Sequence record: DRR378314_1742
Length of the DNA: 64,000 bases
Reading direction: 5' to 3' (one strand)
The notes below the pieces were generated by a model, which saw only the letters and a list, made by a program, of their open reading frames with translations, was not told the DNA's origin and did no database searches. This document shows, piece by piece, positions 49,501 to 59,823 of this stretch; the first letter of the stretch is position 1; each line of letters starts with the position of its first letter. The position numbers were made by a program, and so were the translations under genes.

Positions 49501-50697
49501 TCAGATGGCGAGCACCGCCCGCTGCCGACTTTTGTAAAAGGCCAGAAGTGCGATCGCCACAAAGAAGGGCAGCACTGTGTAATTCACAGTTTCCCAGCCG
49601 AATTTCTGCTGCAGGATCCCAGCAGACAAGGACGCGGTTGCAACGGAGCCGAAGACCAGAAAATCGTTCAACCCCTGTACCTTTGAGGCTTCCGCCGGAC
49701 GATAGGTTGTTGTCAGCAGTGTCGTACCGCCAATAAACATGAAGTTCCAGGAAACCCCAAGCACGACCAAAGCCAGCCAGAAATTGGCGATATCAATTCC
49801 CATCAGCGCAATAACCACACACAGAACACCGAGAAGCGCACCGACCCCAATAATCCGAAACTCACCAAAACGGGCAAGCAAAGAGCCTGTAAAGAAGCTG
49901 GGACCAAACATGGCAACCACATGCCAGCTAATCACGTTAAAGCTATCATCGGCAGTAAGGCCGCAGCCCACGATCGCTAGTGGCGTTGCTGTCATGACGA
50001 AGCTCATGCCAGCATATCCAACCATGGCACTGATAATCGCAATGGCGGCCGTTGGCTGAGAGATGATCTCCCACAGGGGGCGAGCCGGCTCATCATGGGC
50101 TTCAGATTTTATTTTAGGAATATGAACAAAGGCCAGGAACAGCATGGCAAGCAAACCAAGCCCAATGATCGCCAGATACGGCCCCAGATAGGTATAGGGA
50201 AGGAAGATCTCCTTGGTTCCCTTGGCAATTTGCGGCCCGATAAATCCGGCGATCAATCCCCCAGCCATGACATAGGAGACGGCCTTGCTCCGATTTGCAG
50301 GGCCAGCAACATCAACGGCTGCAAACCGATAATAGTTTCCAAAGGCTGTGCTCATCCCAACGAGCATGGCGCCCATTGTAAATCCAATAAAGTTGGCAAT
50401 ATAGATCGAATAGGCTGCCAGACTAGCACCCAGAATGCCAAGGGATATGCCCAAAAAGAAGCCAGGTTTCCGTCCGGCCCGTTTCATAAACATGGATGCC
50501 GGAATGGTCGCCAATGCTGTCCCCGTAACGACAGCAGTCACTGGCACTGTTGCCAGCGATTTATCTTCGCCCAGCAGCAACAAGGCCACGAGGGAGGCTG
50601 AACTGATCAAAATTGAGGTGGTACTGTTTAACATGGCCTGGGCACCGGCCATCAACAGAATACTTAGTTTTACACGACTTCCGGACACATCAGTCAC
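49501..50697 (-). CDS. MFS transporter
   Basis: About 12 hydrophobic helices; YRFAA, MTATPL, WHVVAMF, WNFMF. Confidence 0.92.
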   Translation of the reverse strand: MTDVSGSRVKLSILLMAGAQAMLNSTTSILISSASLVALLLLGEDKSLATVPVTAVVTGTALATIPASMFMKRAGRKPGFFLGISLGILGASLAAYSIYIANFIGFTMGAMLVGMSTAFGNYYRFAAVDVAGPANRSKAVSYVMAGGLIAGFIGPQIAKGTKEIFLPYTYLGPYLAIIGLGLLAMLFLAFVHIPKIKSEAHDEPARPLWEIISQPTAAIAIISAMVGYAGMSFVMTATPLAIVGCGLTADDSFNVISWHVVAMFGPSFFTGSLLARFGEFRIIGVGALLGVLCVVIALMGIDIANFWLALVVLGVSWNFMFIGGTTLLTTTYRPAEASKVQGLNDFLVFGSVATASLSAGILQQKFGWETVNYTVLPFFVAIALLAFYKSRQRAVLAI

Positions 50698-50729
50698 TCC
50701 CTTAACGGGGAGTAACTTGGTGTCATCCC

Positions 50730-51176
50730 CTAATTCCCTTTGAAGACTTTAACCACATGCATACCGGTTGGTGCTTTATCCCCAAGTACTTTTGAGGCCT
50801 GTTTGATCAATCGGCGCTTCACAAGTTCAAAATCTACACCCCGTGCTTTATCCTTATGCAGAACAGAATGTCCACTTAAATCTTGTAAAAATGCATCCCG
50901 AAGCCGGGGGATCATCTTTCGGGAGTATTTCTTTTTGTCCTGCTCATCAAATTCCATGCTCATTGCAATGAACATATAGTATTTGATAGCACCACTTTTG
51001 CGCCGAATGGGAACGCTAAGCGGTTTCATTTCCAGATAGAACGGCCCTTCTTCAACGGCCCCCTCTTCGCCGTCAGCGGCGGCTGGCGCAGCAGCAGATA
51101 CAGGTGAAATTCCAGTGGCGGGGCCCCAAATCGAGACCAGCGCGACCATTCCCAGTACTCCAAATAACCTTAGCAT
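50730..51176 (-). CDS. FliL-like flagellar basal-body-associated protein
   Basis: N-terminal hydrophobic anchor; YLEMKPLSVP, PRLRDAFL. Confidence 0.7.
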   Translation of the reverse strand: MLRLFGVLGMVALVSIWGPATGISPVSAAAPAAADGEEGAVEEGPFYLEMKPLSVPIRRKSGAIKYYMFIAMSMEFDEQDKKKYSRKMIPRLRDAFLQDLSGHSVLHKDKARGVDFELVKRRLIKQASKVLGDKAPTGMHVVKVFKGN

Positions 51177-51261
51177 GTTTCACTCATCATCAGATTTCCC
51201 AAACAACTTCGGGCATTCTGACAAAGAAGACTTACGGAAAGGTTACGTTTTTAAACTTTTT

Positions 51262-51822
51262 CTAAGCGGCACCGGACATAACGGGCTTTTCACTCAGGAC
51301 TTTATATTTAGACACGCAATCGAGCTGAGGCTTATATGCAGGCTCGGCGGAGGACCAAAAACTGCATCTGGAGATTTCCCAACGATCCGGATCCAGCAAG
51401 ACAAGATGAGCGAACAAACCCTCTTTTCCGGACATCAGACGATGGTTCTCCCTCTCCTGCTTCATGACTTCCTGCAAAGATTTGGACGAAGAGACTTTGT
51501 CTACCTCCGCAATCATATAAACGGGTGCCACTGATGAGGGACCAGTATCGTAATTTAGAATTTGCCAGCTTCGAACCCGCGGCCGTCCAAAATCCTGCAC
51601 CACATCACCAAACAGGTTATCCATCAGAAAATCCTGGGCGGCCTGAGTGTTTTCCCATAAATACATGGGCGCATAGATATTCTCATCAGGTTCATACAGG
51701 TAGAATTTGTGGGTCAACCCGGGACGCCCTTCAAATTTCGGCATCCGTTGCGCAACGCGCTCACTGACTTTGCTGAGATCATATTCTGTCGGCAACTTGA
51801 CGGAATACTGCATAGCTAGCAT
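51262..51822 (-). CDS. DUF4865-like protein (putative monooxygenase fold)
   Basis: MQYSVKLP.EYD, GL.HKFYL, N.YAP.YLW, FGRPRVRSW. ATG at 51822 is well spaced from GGAG. Confidence 0.75.
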   Translation of the reverse strand: MLAMQYSVKLPTEYDLSKVSERVAQRMPKFEGRPGLTHKFYLYEPDENIYAPMYLWENTQAAQDFLMDNLFGDVVQDFGRPRVRSWQILNYDTGPSSVAPVYMIAEVDKVSSSKSLQEVMKQERENHRLMSGKEGLFAHLVLLDPDRWEISRCSFWSSAEPAYKPQLDCVSKYKVLSEKPVMSGAA

Positions 51823-51939
51823 CGACATCTCCAAATTCACTTTAAAATCGGTAGCAGAGTGTTCCAAAATGACGGAAAAATAACAACACGCATAAATGCA
51901 TACCACTCATGCAGGATTGTATGGGGTGAATTGATACCC

Positions 51940-52929
51940 TTACCGGTGTGACCACCCCTTTGCCGCCAAGGTCATTTCAGCACCTGACTGATCTAACAAG
52001 CGGACATTTTCATCATTGGTTATCCGGCCAATAACTGTGATCTTTGACCCGGTTTTCTGTTCAATTTCAGCTAGATACTGTTTATCTTGAGAGGAAATTG
52101 TAAACGCCAATTCATAGTCATCACCGCCGCTGACAATGCTGGCCCACAGATCGGGCGTCGACTGAACCAATTTTTTCGCGGCTGTTGATAGCGGAATTGA
52201 CGGCTTCTCCAGGATCGCACCAACGGCAGATTGCGTGCAGATATGACCGATATCAGCCAGCAATCCATCTGAAATATCCAGACAGGCCGTTGCCAGCCCC
52301 AACAAAGCGGGGCCTAACGTCACCTGTGGCTGCGGCACAAAATACCGATCTTCCAAATAGCGTTTATCATCCGATGAAACTGTTATTTTTCGGGTATCCG
52401 ATAACAGGCCCAAGGCAGCATCGCCAATGGTTCCACTGACACAAATCAGATCCCCCACCCTTGCACCATTTCGCCGCAGGCATTTTCCCTTGGGAGTCTC
52501 GCCAAGCAGGGTCAGGCTGATCACCATCGGACCGGCAGAGGACACGGTATCACCGCCCAGCAGCGAGATCCCAAAGGCCGTTTGATCACTTTTCAATCCT
52601 TCGGCAAATCGCGTGAGCCAGTCTTCGGTGGCTGTTTCAGTCAGAGTAATGGAAAGCAGATATCCTTTGGCCGTCGCCCCCATCGCCGCGATATCCGAAA
52701 GATTGACGCGCAATAATTTTCGGGCGATATCAAAGGGATCATGATGTTTTAGATAATGCACACCTTCGACCATGGCATCTTTGGTCAATATCAGATCCAT
52801 GCCCGGGGCCGGACTGTAAAGAGCGGCATCATCAGTCAAGCGAAACGCCCCCTCTGCATCAGCAGAAAGAGGCGCAAAAAGCGTTTTAATCAGATCGAAT
52901 TCCCCGAATGTATCAGATCCGGTTGTCAT
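51940..52929 (-). CDS. thiL: Thiamine-phosphate kinase
   Basis: DDAA, NLSDIAAMGA, GGDT, DISDGL, GGDDYEL. Confidence 0.98.
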   Translation of the reverse strand: MTTGSDTFGEFDLIKTLFAPLSADAEGAFRLTDDAALYSPAPGMDLILTKDAMVEGVHYLKHHDPFDIARKLLRVNLSDIAAMGATAKGYLLSITLTETATEDWLTRFAEGLKSDQTAFGISLLGGDTVSSAGPMVISLTLLGETPKGKCLRRNGARVGDLICVSGTIGDAALGLLSDTRKITVSSDDKRYLEDRYFVPQPQVTLGPALLGLATACLDISDGLLADIGHICTQSAVGAILEKPSIPLSTAAKKLVQSTPDLWASIVSGGDDYELAFTISSQDKQYLAEIEQKTGSKITVIGRITNDENVRLLDQSGAEMTLAAKGWSHR

Positions 52930-52931
52930 GA

Positions 52932-53414
52932 CTAACTCTCGAATTCTCCGGGACGGATCTTACGGGCAATCTTGTCGAGCACACCGTTTACAAGTAACGG
53001 CTCCTTGCTGTTAAAGAAGGCGCGGGCAAGACCGACATATTCAGTAATCAGAACAACCGCCTTGGTGTCAATCCGTGCCATCAACTCATACACAGCCACC
53101 CTGAGGCAGGCTTTCATGACATGATCCAGCTTTTCAAATTTGCGATCTTTATCCAGCATTGCCTGGATTTCACCATCGATTTCAGCAAGCCGCTCATCCG
53201 TGCCGATCACCAGATCCTTGAACAGCGGTTTATCACTATCTTTAAACTGCTCGCCATCAATTTCCGCGCCGAGGCGATAAGACATGAACTCTTCAACGAT
53301 TTCTACAGCGGAGACCTGCTCCATGCTCATCTGATAAAGAGCCTGAATCGCACTAAAACGGGCCAGTGTCCGGCGACTATGCTTGTCACCCCGTTTTTCA
53401 GATTTGTTGCTCAT
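52932..53414 (-). CDS. nusB: Transcription antitermination factor NusB
   Basis: AR..AIQALYQ, ITEYV, VNGVLD. Confidence 0.97.
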   Translation of the reverse strand: MSNKSEKRGDKHSRRTLARFSAIQALYQMSMEQVSAVEIVEEFMSYRLGAEIDGEQFKDSDKPLFKDLVIGTDERLAEIDGEIQAMLDKDRKFEKLDHVMKACLRVAVYELMARIDTKAVVLITEYVGLARAFFNSKEPLLVNGVLDKIARKIRPGEFES

Positions 53415-53878
53415 CTTGGGAACAGTCCAAACTTTTGTTTTAAAGCCAGCATGGCAAGTGCCGCTTTTGCAGCGCCGCCACCTTTATCTTTTTCCGTATG
53501 CCGCGCCCTTGCCCAGGCCTGATCTTCATTTTCACAGGTAATGATCCCATTGCCCAACGCCAGGCAAAAATCCTTGCTAAGATCCATGAGACCCCGGGCA
53601 CTTTCTTCGGAAACCGTGTCATAATGGCTGGTTTCCCCGCGAATGACGCAGCCCAATGTCACATAGGCATCATAACGCCTTCTGCCACCGGTATATTCCA
53701 TGGCTTTCATCGCAATGCTGATGGCGCTTGGAATTTCCAAACATCCGGGCACCTGGACAATATCGTAAGTCGCGCCGACTTGATCCAATTCCTTCTTCGC
53801 CCCTTCAAGCAGAGCGTCCGAGATATCCCGGTAGAAATCGGCTTCAACGATCAGGACATGAATGTCTTCCATATTCAT
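53411..53878 (-). CDS. ribH: 6,7-dimethyl-8-ribityllumazine synthase
   Basis: [26 protein letters not shown]. Confidence 0.97.
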   Translation of the reverse strand: MNMEDIHVLIVEADFYRDISDALLEGAKKELDQVGATYDIVQVPGCLEIPSAISIAMKAMEYTGGRRRYDAYVTLGCVIRGETSHYDTVSEESARGLMDLSKDFCLALGNGIITCENEDQAWARARHTEKDKGGGAAKAALAMLALKQKFGLFPR

Positions 53879-54990
53879 TTGCGGGTTACCTTTATGGGTC
53901 GTGTTTCCGTAACGGAAAGACCATAGCCATCCAAACCAACTATGTTTCGTTCAGTGTTGGACAGAAGGATCATATCCTTGACCCCAAGGTCAAGCAAGAT
54001 TTGCGCCCCAATTCCATAATCACGCAATTCATTTTCCGTTTTAGGGGGCTCACCAACTTTTTTGCGGACCTTATCAGAAAGCGCCATGGGCCGTGGCTCG
54101 CGGATCAGCACGACAACGCCGCGACCTTCCTCGTCAATCTGCGCCATCGCATCTTTCAGCAGGGTCGGGTTCTCATCCGTCTCGCCGAGCACATCGCCCA
54201 GCGGGTTCATGGCATGCATTCGAACCATGATGGGGGCATCTGTTGTAATGTCGCCTTTCACAAGGGCGACATGTTCCGCATATTCCGGTTTGTTGGAATA
54301 GACAATCATATTCCAGTCACCGCCATAAATGCTGCTTATGTCCGCTTCGATCTCGCGGCTGATCAGGCTGTCATTGACCCGCCGGTAGGCAATCAAGTCG
54401 GCAATTGTCCCGACTTTCAGGTCATATTTCCGCGCAAATTCGATCAAATCGGGAAGTCGGGCCATGGTCCCGTCATCGTTCATGATCTCGCAGATTACAC
54501 CTGCCGGCATCAACCCCGCCAGCCGCGCAATATCTACGGCAGCCTCCGTATGCCCCGTCCGGCGCAGAACGCCGCCTTCACGCGCGACCAAAGGAAAGAC
54601 ATGCCCCGGGCTCACCAGATCCTGTGATCCCTTGGTGGGATCGATGGCTACCGAAATAGTCTGCGATCTGTCGGCCGCAGAAATACCGGTCGTCACGCCT
54701 TCGCGGGCTTCAATAGAGATGGTGAAATTTGTATGCAGACGCGAGGCATTGGATTGCGCCATCAACGGCAAATCCAATTCACGGATCCGCTCTTCCGTCA
54801 TGGAGAGACAAACCAGACCACGACCATATTTTGCCATGAAGTTAATCGCATCCGGGGTGGCCATCTGCGCCGGGATCACAAGATCCCCTTCATTTTCCCG
54901 ATCCTCCGCATCTACAAGAATGAACATCTTGCCGTTGCGGGCATCCTCGATAATCTCTTCAATATTGGAGAGGCCTTCCATTTTTGACAT
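53875..54990 (-). CDS. ribB: DHBP synthase fused to a degenerate GTP cyclohydrolase II domain (RibBX)
   Basis: DRENEGD, PGHVFPL, GHTEA; the C-terminal domain lacks the zinc-binding cysteines. Confidence 0.95.
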   Translation of the reverse strand: MSKMEGLSNIEEIIEDARNGKMFILVDAEDRENEGDLVIPAQMATPDAINFMAKYGRGLVCLSMTEERIRELDLPLMAQSNASRLHTNFTISIEAREGVTTGISAADRSQTISVAIDPTKGSQDLVSPGHVFPLVAREGGVLRRTGHTEAAVDIARLAGLMPAGVICEIMNDDGTMARLPDLIEFARKYDLKVGTIADLIAYRRVNDSLISREIEADISSIYGGDWNMIVYSNKPEYAEHVALVKGDITTDAPIMVRMHAMNPLGDVLGETDENPTLLKDAMAQIDEEGRGVVVLIREPRPMALSDKVRKKVGEPPKTENELRDYGIGAQILLDLGVKDMILLSNTERNIVGLDGYGLSVTETRPIKVTRK

Positions 54991-54991
54991 T

Positions 54992-55582
54992 TTAGTTTTT
55001 AACCTCATTCATACGGGCTACATAACGGGCCAGGACATCAATTTCCATATTGATCGGCTGGCCGGTATTCAGTTCGGCAAAAGACGTGTGGGCCTTGGTA
55101 TGTGAAATAATATTCACGGAGAAAAAGTCATCCCCCACCTCGTTCACGGTCAGGGAAATCCCATCCAGTGTCACGGACCCTTTGGCGGCAACAAATGCGG
55201 CATAGGCTGGCGGAAGGGTGAAGGTCACTTTCGTGGAATCGTTGATGGTCTCCAGCGCTGAAACGGCAACAACCGCATCCACATGACCGGTAACGATATG
55301 ACCGCCCAGCTCATCACCGATTTTGAGCGCCCGTTCCAGGTTGACAAGTGAGCCCACCTGCCAGCCGCCCAGATTTGTACAAGACAGTGTCTCATCGGAA
55401 GCTTCTGCAGCAAACCAATCATCGCCTTTATCGGTAACGGTCAAACAGACACCGGAGCACGCAATGGAAGCGCCAATATCAATATCATCCGTATCAAAAG
55501 CGGTCGTGATGGTTATTTTCGTATCGCCACTTTTCTCGAGGGAGGCAATTTTTCCCACATCGGTTATAATTCCGGTAAACAT
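54992..55582 (-). CDS. ribE: Riboflavin synthase (alpha chain)
   Basis: MFTGII, GVCLT, NLERAL, GGHIVTGHVD. Confidence 0.98.
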   Translation of the reverse strand: MFTGIITDVGKIASLEKSGDTKITITTAFDTDDIDIGASIACSGVCLTVTDKGDDWFAAEASDETLSCTNLGGWQVGSLVNLERALKIGDELGGHIVTGHVDAVVAVSALETINDSTKVTFTLPPAYAAFVAAKGSVTLDGISLTVNEVGDDFFSVNIISHTKAHTSFAELNTGQPINMEIDVLARYVARMNEVKN

Positions 55583-55585
55583 GGT

Positions 55586-56710
55586 CTATTCGTTCCGAAG
55601 AATATAGGTTTCGACTTGATCTTCGCCAACCTGACGGTTGTCAATCTGCTCCAGTAAAGGCGCCTCTGCGATTTCAGTCAATCCGATGGACTGAAGCGCC
55701 GGCACCCCGTCACCGCCGATAATTTTGGCGGCTCTGAACCAGTAGATCTGATCAACAAGCCCCTCTTTTACCAATGATGCCTGCAGATGGGAACCTCCTT
55801 CGACAAGTAATCTTGTAATTCCCAGTTCGGCAATCTGTTCCAGGGCCAGTTTCATATCCGGATATCCGCTGTCTCCCCGGTCAGCCACAATGATCCGCAC
55901 GCCCAAATCTTCAAAGGCCCGAACGCGATCCGCATCATTTTCAGGTGCCGTCACAATCCAGAGAGGCGTTGTTTTAACCGTCTTAACCAACTCGCTGGTT
56001 AGCGGAAGACGCAAATGGCTATCGGCAACAATGCGAACCGGGGACTGGCTGGTTAAGCCATCAAGCCGACAATCCAGACGCGGATTATCGGCAAGCACGG
56101 TTCCAACTCCCACAAGGATCGCATCATAGCGCAAGCGTAACAGATGAGCATATCGGCGAGCTTGTACCCCGGTGATCCACTGACTGCTGCCGGTTTTCGT
56201 GGCGATTTTCCCATCCAGACTGGTGGCGAACTTTAAGGAGATTTTGGGACGGCTGATGGTTTTGTTGAGCACAAATCCCAAATGACTTGCCAGCGCTTCG
56301 GGGCCCAGAACATCCTCCACCACTTCAATGCCTGCATCCCGCAGCATGGAAAATCCTTCGCCGTCCACCCGGTCATCTGGATCCTGAAAGGCGGCAACGA
56401 CCCGCGCCACCCCCGCCGTGATCAGGGCTTCTGAACAGGGTGATGATTTGCCATGATGCGAACAGGGCTCCAGCGTAACATAGGCTGTCGCGCCTCTTGC
56501 CTGCTGACCGGCCTGCGCCAGGGCGACAATCTCCGCATGGGGTCTGCCCCCATCCTGGGTCCAGCCGCGCCCGACAATGATATCATCTTTCACCAGGATA
56601 CAGCCAACGGCCGGATTGGGCGCAACACGCCCCAACCCCCGCGCCGCCAGACGCAGAGCCAGTTTCATATATTCCTGATCTTGTTTTCTGTGGTCAGTTG
56701 GTGACTTCAC
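55586..56710 (-). CDS. ribD: Bifunctional deaminase/reductase RibD
   Basis: PNPAVG, HAE, EPCSH...PC, SLDGK, VEGG. Start is GTG 56710 or ATG 56668. Confidence 0.96.
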   Translation of the reverse strand: MKSPTDHRKQDQEYMKLALRLAARGLGRVAPNPAVGCILVKDDIIVGRGWTQDGGRPHAEIVALAQAGQQARGATAYVTLEPCSHHGKSSPCSEALITAGVARVVAAFQDPDDRVDGEGFSMLRDAGIEVVEDVLGPEALASHLGFVLNKTISRPKISLKFATSLDGKIATKTGSSQWITGVQARRYAHLLRLRYDAILVGVGTVLADNPRLDCRLDGLTSQSPVRIVADSHLRLPLTSELVKTVKTTPLWIVTAPENDADRVRAFEDLGVRIIVADRGDSGYPDMKLALEQIAELGITRLLVEGGSHLQASLVKEGLVDQIYWFRAAKIIGGDGVPALQSIGLTEIAEAPLLEQIDNRQVGEDQVETYILRNE

Positions 56711-57155
56711 TATGCAGATCGCCAATAAATTCTTCGAAATCCTTTGCTTCGCGGAATTCTTTGTAAACCGAAGCAAAGCGAACATAGGCGACGCTATCAA
56801 TGTGGGAAAGCCCTTCCATCACAAGCTCTCCTATTTTTTCAGAGGAAACCTCTTGATCTCCGCTGCTTTCCAGTTGACGGACAATGCCATTGATCATCCG
56901 GTCGAGCTTTTCTGGATCCACCTGACGCTTGCGCGTGGCAATCATCACGGACCGCTCCAGCTTGTCCCGCTCAAAGGGGCTTCGCTGTCCATTCTTCTTA
57001 ACAACCGTAAGTTCCCGGATCTGTACCCGCTCAAACGTCGTGAACCGGGCTCCACATTCCGTGCAGGCCCGACGACGCCTGATGGCCGTATTATCCCCTG
57101 TCGGACGGCTATCCTTCACCTGCGTTTCTTCACTATTACAAAATGGACAACGCAT
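56694..57155 (-). CDS. nrdR: Transcriptional repressor NrdR
   Basis: MRCPFC, RRRRAC..C, ATP-cone, AYVRFASVY. Confidence 0.99.
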   Translation of the reverse strand: MRCPFCNSEETQVKDSRPTGDNTAIRRRRACTECGARFTTFERVQIRELTVVKKNGQRSPFERDKLERSVMIATRKRQVDPEKLDRMINGIVRQLESSGDQEVSSEKIGELVMEGLSHIDSVAYVRFASVYKEFREAKDFEEFIGDLHSEVTN

Positions 57156-57173
57156 ATACCAGCTCCCCTAAAT

Positions 57174-57202
57174 TTCAGAGCACTCTTGCAAAGTGCTCTG
57201 AA
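57174..57202. repeat. Perfect 11-bp inverted repeat between glyA and nrdR
   Basis: TTCAGAGCACT-cttgcaa-AGTGCTCTGAA; no strong U-tract. Confidence 0.8.
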
Positions 57203-57214
57203 TAGACCCGCCTA

Positions 57215-58510
57215 TTAGAGAGACGCATAAAGTGGATAGGCATCACATAATTTTTTGACTTCTGCCCGCACTTTCGCCTCAACAGCGCTATTATCCTCCG
57301 GATTTGCGACCAATCCGTCAAGGACTTCGGCAATCAAGTCACCAACTTTTGCAAATTCGTCTACGCCAAAGCCACGGGTTGTCGCCGCCGGAGAGCCCAG
57401 ACGCACACCAGATGTCACCATTGGTTTTTCCGGATCAAACGGGATACCGTTCTTGTTGCAGGTGATGTTTGCATTTTCCATTGAATGCTCGGCCGCTTTA
57501 CCGGTCAACTTTTTAGGGCGCAGATCTACCAGCAGAAGATGGGTATCGGTTCCGCCGGACACAATATCAAGTCCATGCTTAACCAGCGTTTCAGCCAGTA
57601 TATTGGCATTTTCTTTAACCCGTTGGGCATAGCCTTTGAACTCAGGCGTCAAGGCTTCACCAAAAGCAACGGCCTTACCGGCAATCACATGCATCAATGG
57701 GCCGCCCTGAATTCCAGGGAAAATGGCGGAATTCACTTTTTTCGCAATGGCTTCATCGTTCGTCAGGATCATACCGCCCCTTGGCCCACGCAGGGTTTTA
57801 TGGGTTGTTGTCGTCGCGATATGGGCATGCGGAAATGGATTTGGATGCAGTCCAGCGGCAACCAGACCCGCAAAATGCGCCATGTCAACCATCAGATAAG
57901 CGCCCACTTCGTCGGCAATTTCTCGGAACTTGGCAAAATCCAAAATTCGGGGATAGGCAGATCCACCCGCAACGATCAGCGCCGGTTTATGCTCATGAGC
58001 CAAAGCGCGAACCTCGTCAAAATCGACAAGGTGGTCTTCTTTACGAACACCATATTGAACCGCATTAAACCATTTACCTGACTGGTTTGGCGCCGCCCCA
58101 TGGGTCAAGTGACCGCCCGCAGCCAAGGACATGCCAAGGATGGTATCACCAGGCTTGATCAGGGACATGAAAGCACCCTGATTGGCCTGGGACCCGGAAT
58201 TGGGCTGAACATTGGCAAAGTCGCAACCAAATAGCTGTTTTGCCCGGTCAATCGCCAGATTTTCAACAATATCGACATATTCACAGCCGCCGTAATACCG
58301 GCGACCGGGGTAGCCTTCTGCATATTTATTTGTCAGAACAGAGCCTTGCGCCGCCATAACTGCCGGACTGACAATATTTTCAGAAGCAATCAGCTCAATC
58401 TGGTCGCGTTGGCGGCCTAACTCCTGCTCAATTGCAGCAAATACTTCGGTATCGGTTTTCTGAAGATCTGCGTTAAAAAAATCTACTTGTTCCGGGCTCT
58501 GCTTGCTCAT
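57215..58510 (-). CDS. glyA: Serine hydroxymethyltransferase
   Basis: [36 protein letters not shown]. Confidence 0.99.
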   Translation of the reverse strand: MSKQSPEQVDFFNADLQKTDTEVFAAIEQELGRQRDQIELIASENIVSPAVMAAQGSVLTNKYAEGYPGRRYYGGCEYVDIVENLAIDRAKQLFGCDFANVQPNSGSQANQGAFMSLIKPGDTILGMSLAAGGHLTHGAAPNQSGKWFNAVQYGVRKEDHLVDFDEVRALAHEHKPALIVAGGSAYPRILDFAKFREIADEVGAYLMVDMAHFAGLVAAGLHPNPFPHAHIATTTTHKTLRGPRGGMILTNDEAIAKKVNSAIFPGIQGGPLMHVIAGKAVAFGEALTPEFKGYAQRVKENANILAETLVKHGLDIVSGGTDTHLLLVDLRPKKLTGKAAEHSMENANITCNKNGIPFDPEKPMVTSGVRLGSPAATTRGFGVDEFAKVGDLIAEVLDGLVANPEDNSAVEAKVRAEVKKLCDAYPLYASL

Positions 58511-58891
58511 GCGGGTCACTCCATGCTCGACTACTCGTCAATCGAAAGGCAGGTTATAAAAATCCTGCTCGTAAATCTGGCTCTGATCCGACCAAAACCT
58601 GTCTCAAAAGACAGGTTTTTAACCTGATTCAGCCAGTATCGCCGGTTGGATAGCACAACATTTCCTCTGTTCCTAGCGCTATCTCCTTCAACCCCCGTGA
58701 TGCTGCCAAAAAGCTGATCGGCAATTGCAGAGACGAAAGCCCGCCTCAGGTTTTTCTTGCAGATATACGCAGCCTTCCTGTATATTACTATTGTGTAATA
58801 TTTTAGACCGCTCGGCAGCGTTTGCTCACCCACAACTGTTTACTGCCGCAGCCCCCTTTATTCCGCACATAGCCAAAGACAGGAGAAGCCC

Positions 58892-59353
58892 ATGGGAATG
58901 GCCACTTCACTTGAAAGTTACATGCTCCAAGCCGGAGTCGATTACGATATGGTTCATCACGATCGCTCGGCCACAACCGTTGAAGCCGCCCAAAAAGCGC
59001 ATCTTCGGAAAAACTGTGTCGCCAAAGCCGTTGTCCTGAAAGACGAAAACGGATTTCTGCTGGCGGTTGTCCCCAGTGAGAAAAAAATCTCTCTTCAAAA
59101 AATTGAACAGGTGACCAACCGGAAAATGCAGCTTTCTTCAGAGACCGAATTTTCGCCCTTTTTCGCAGATTGTGAATTTGGCGCCATCCCACCGATTGGC
59201 AACGCCTATGGCTTGAAGGTCTTGCTCGATCAATCTCTGGAGGATAATTCGGATGTTTATTTTGAAGCTGGCGATCATGAAAACCTTGTCCATGTCACCG
59301 ACTGGGATTTTGAAATTCTGATGCAGGGTGCTCGAATGGGCCCGATCTGCTAG
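58892..59353 (+). CDS. YbaK/ProX-like aminoacyl-tRNA deacylase family protein
   Basis: VAKAVVL, GAIPPIG, YFEAGDH. Confidence 0.88.
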   Translation: MGMATSLESYMLQAGVDYDMVHHDRSATTVEAAQKAHLRKNCVAKAVVLKDENGFLLAVVPSEKKISLQKIEQVTNRKMQLSSETEFSPFFADCEFGAIPPIGNAYGLKVLLDQSLEDNSDVYFEAGDHENLVHVTDWDFEILMQGARMGPIC

Positions 59354-59464
59354 GAATAATAACCAGAAACGATCAGTATTTCAGTGCCTGACCCGGATCC
59401 GTCTTTTGATCTGGGTCTTTTTCTGGCTAAAGGTCGCCGCCCCCCAAAAACAGGTTGCGGCGGA

Positions 59465-59698
59465 TTAAACGATTATGCCCCGCCCGGGCTTTCCTGTATT
59501 CTGATTGGCGCCTTCAGAGGCTTTTTTTCGCTCCATCACATATCGGAATTTTTGAACGGCCGTGCGCTGCAATTCCTGCTGGCTGGATGTGCGCGGTCCA
59601 ACGATGGACACCTCCATCAAAGACACAGGATCCATCACGGAAACCTTGACAGAGTTTCCAATTGGGACAAATTCTATAATAAGTTCGTGTTCATTCAT
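59465..59698 (-). CDS. Small conserved-looking hypothetical protein (77 aa)
   Basis: EFVPIGNSVKVSVMDP..L.EVSIVGP pattern resembles a small alphaproteobacterial DUF. Confidence 0.7.
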   Translation of the reverse strand: MNEHELIIEFVPIGNSVKVSVMDPVSLMEVSIVGPRTSSQQELQRTAVQKFRYVMERKKASEGANQNTGKPGRGIIV

Positions 59699-59823
59699 TT
59701 GAAAACAAACAATAGCCTAAAGCAAAATGTTGAGTTTCTAGCGAAAATTATATAGATACGTTTCCTCAAACACAAAACCATAAGTTCGAAATTCAATCTC
59801 GATCAGTATCATGGAGTCCTTCG

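Noticed and set aside
58511-58700. ZTP (pfl) or glycine riboswitch upstream of glyA
   Set aside because: Neither the pfl 3' CGCCUGGGC pseudoknot element nor the glycine GGAGA...CCGAAG core is visible. Kept only as an unclassified leader.
58531-58833. 100-aa ORF upstream of glyA
   Set aside because: No RBS or family resemblance, and it runs across promoter-like and hairpin elements, so it is treated as non-coding.
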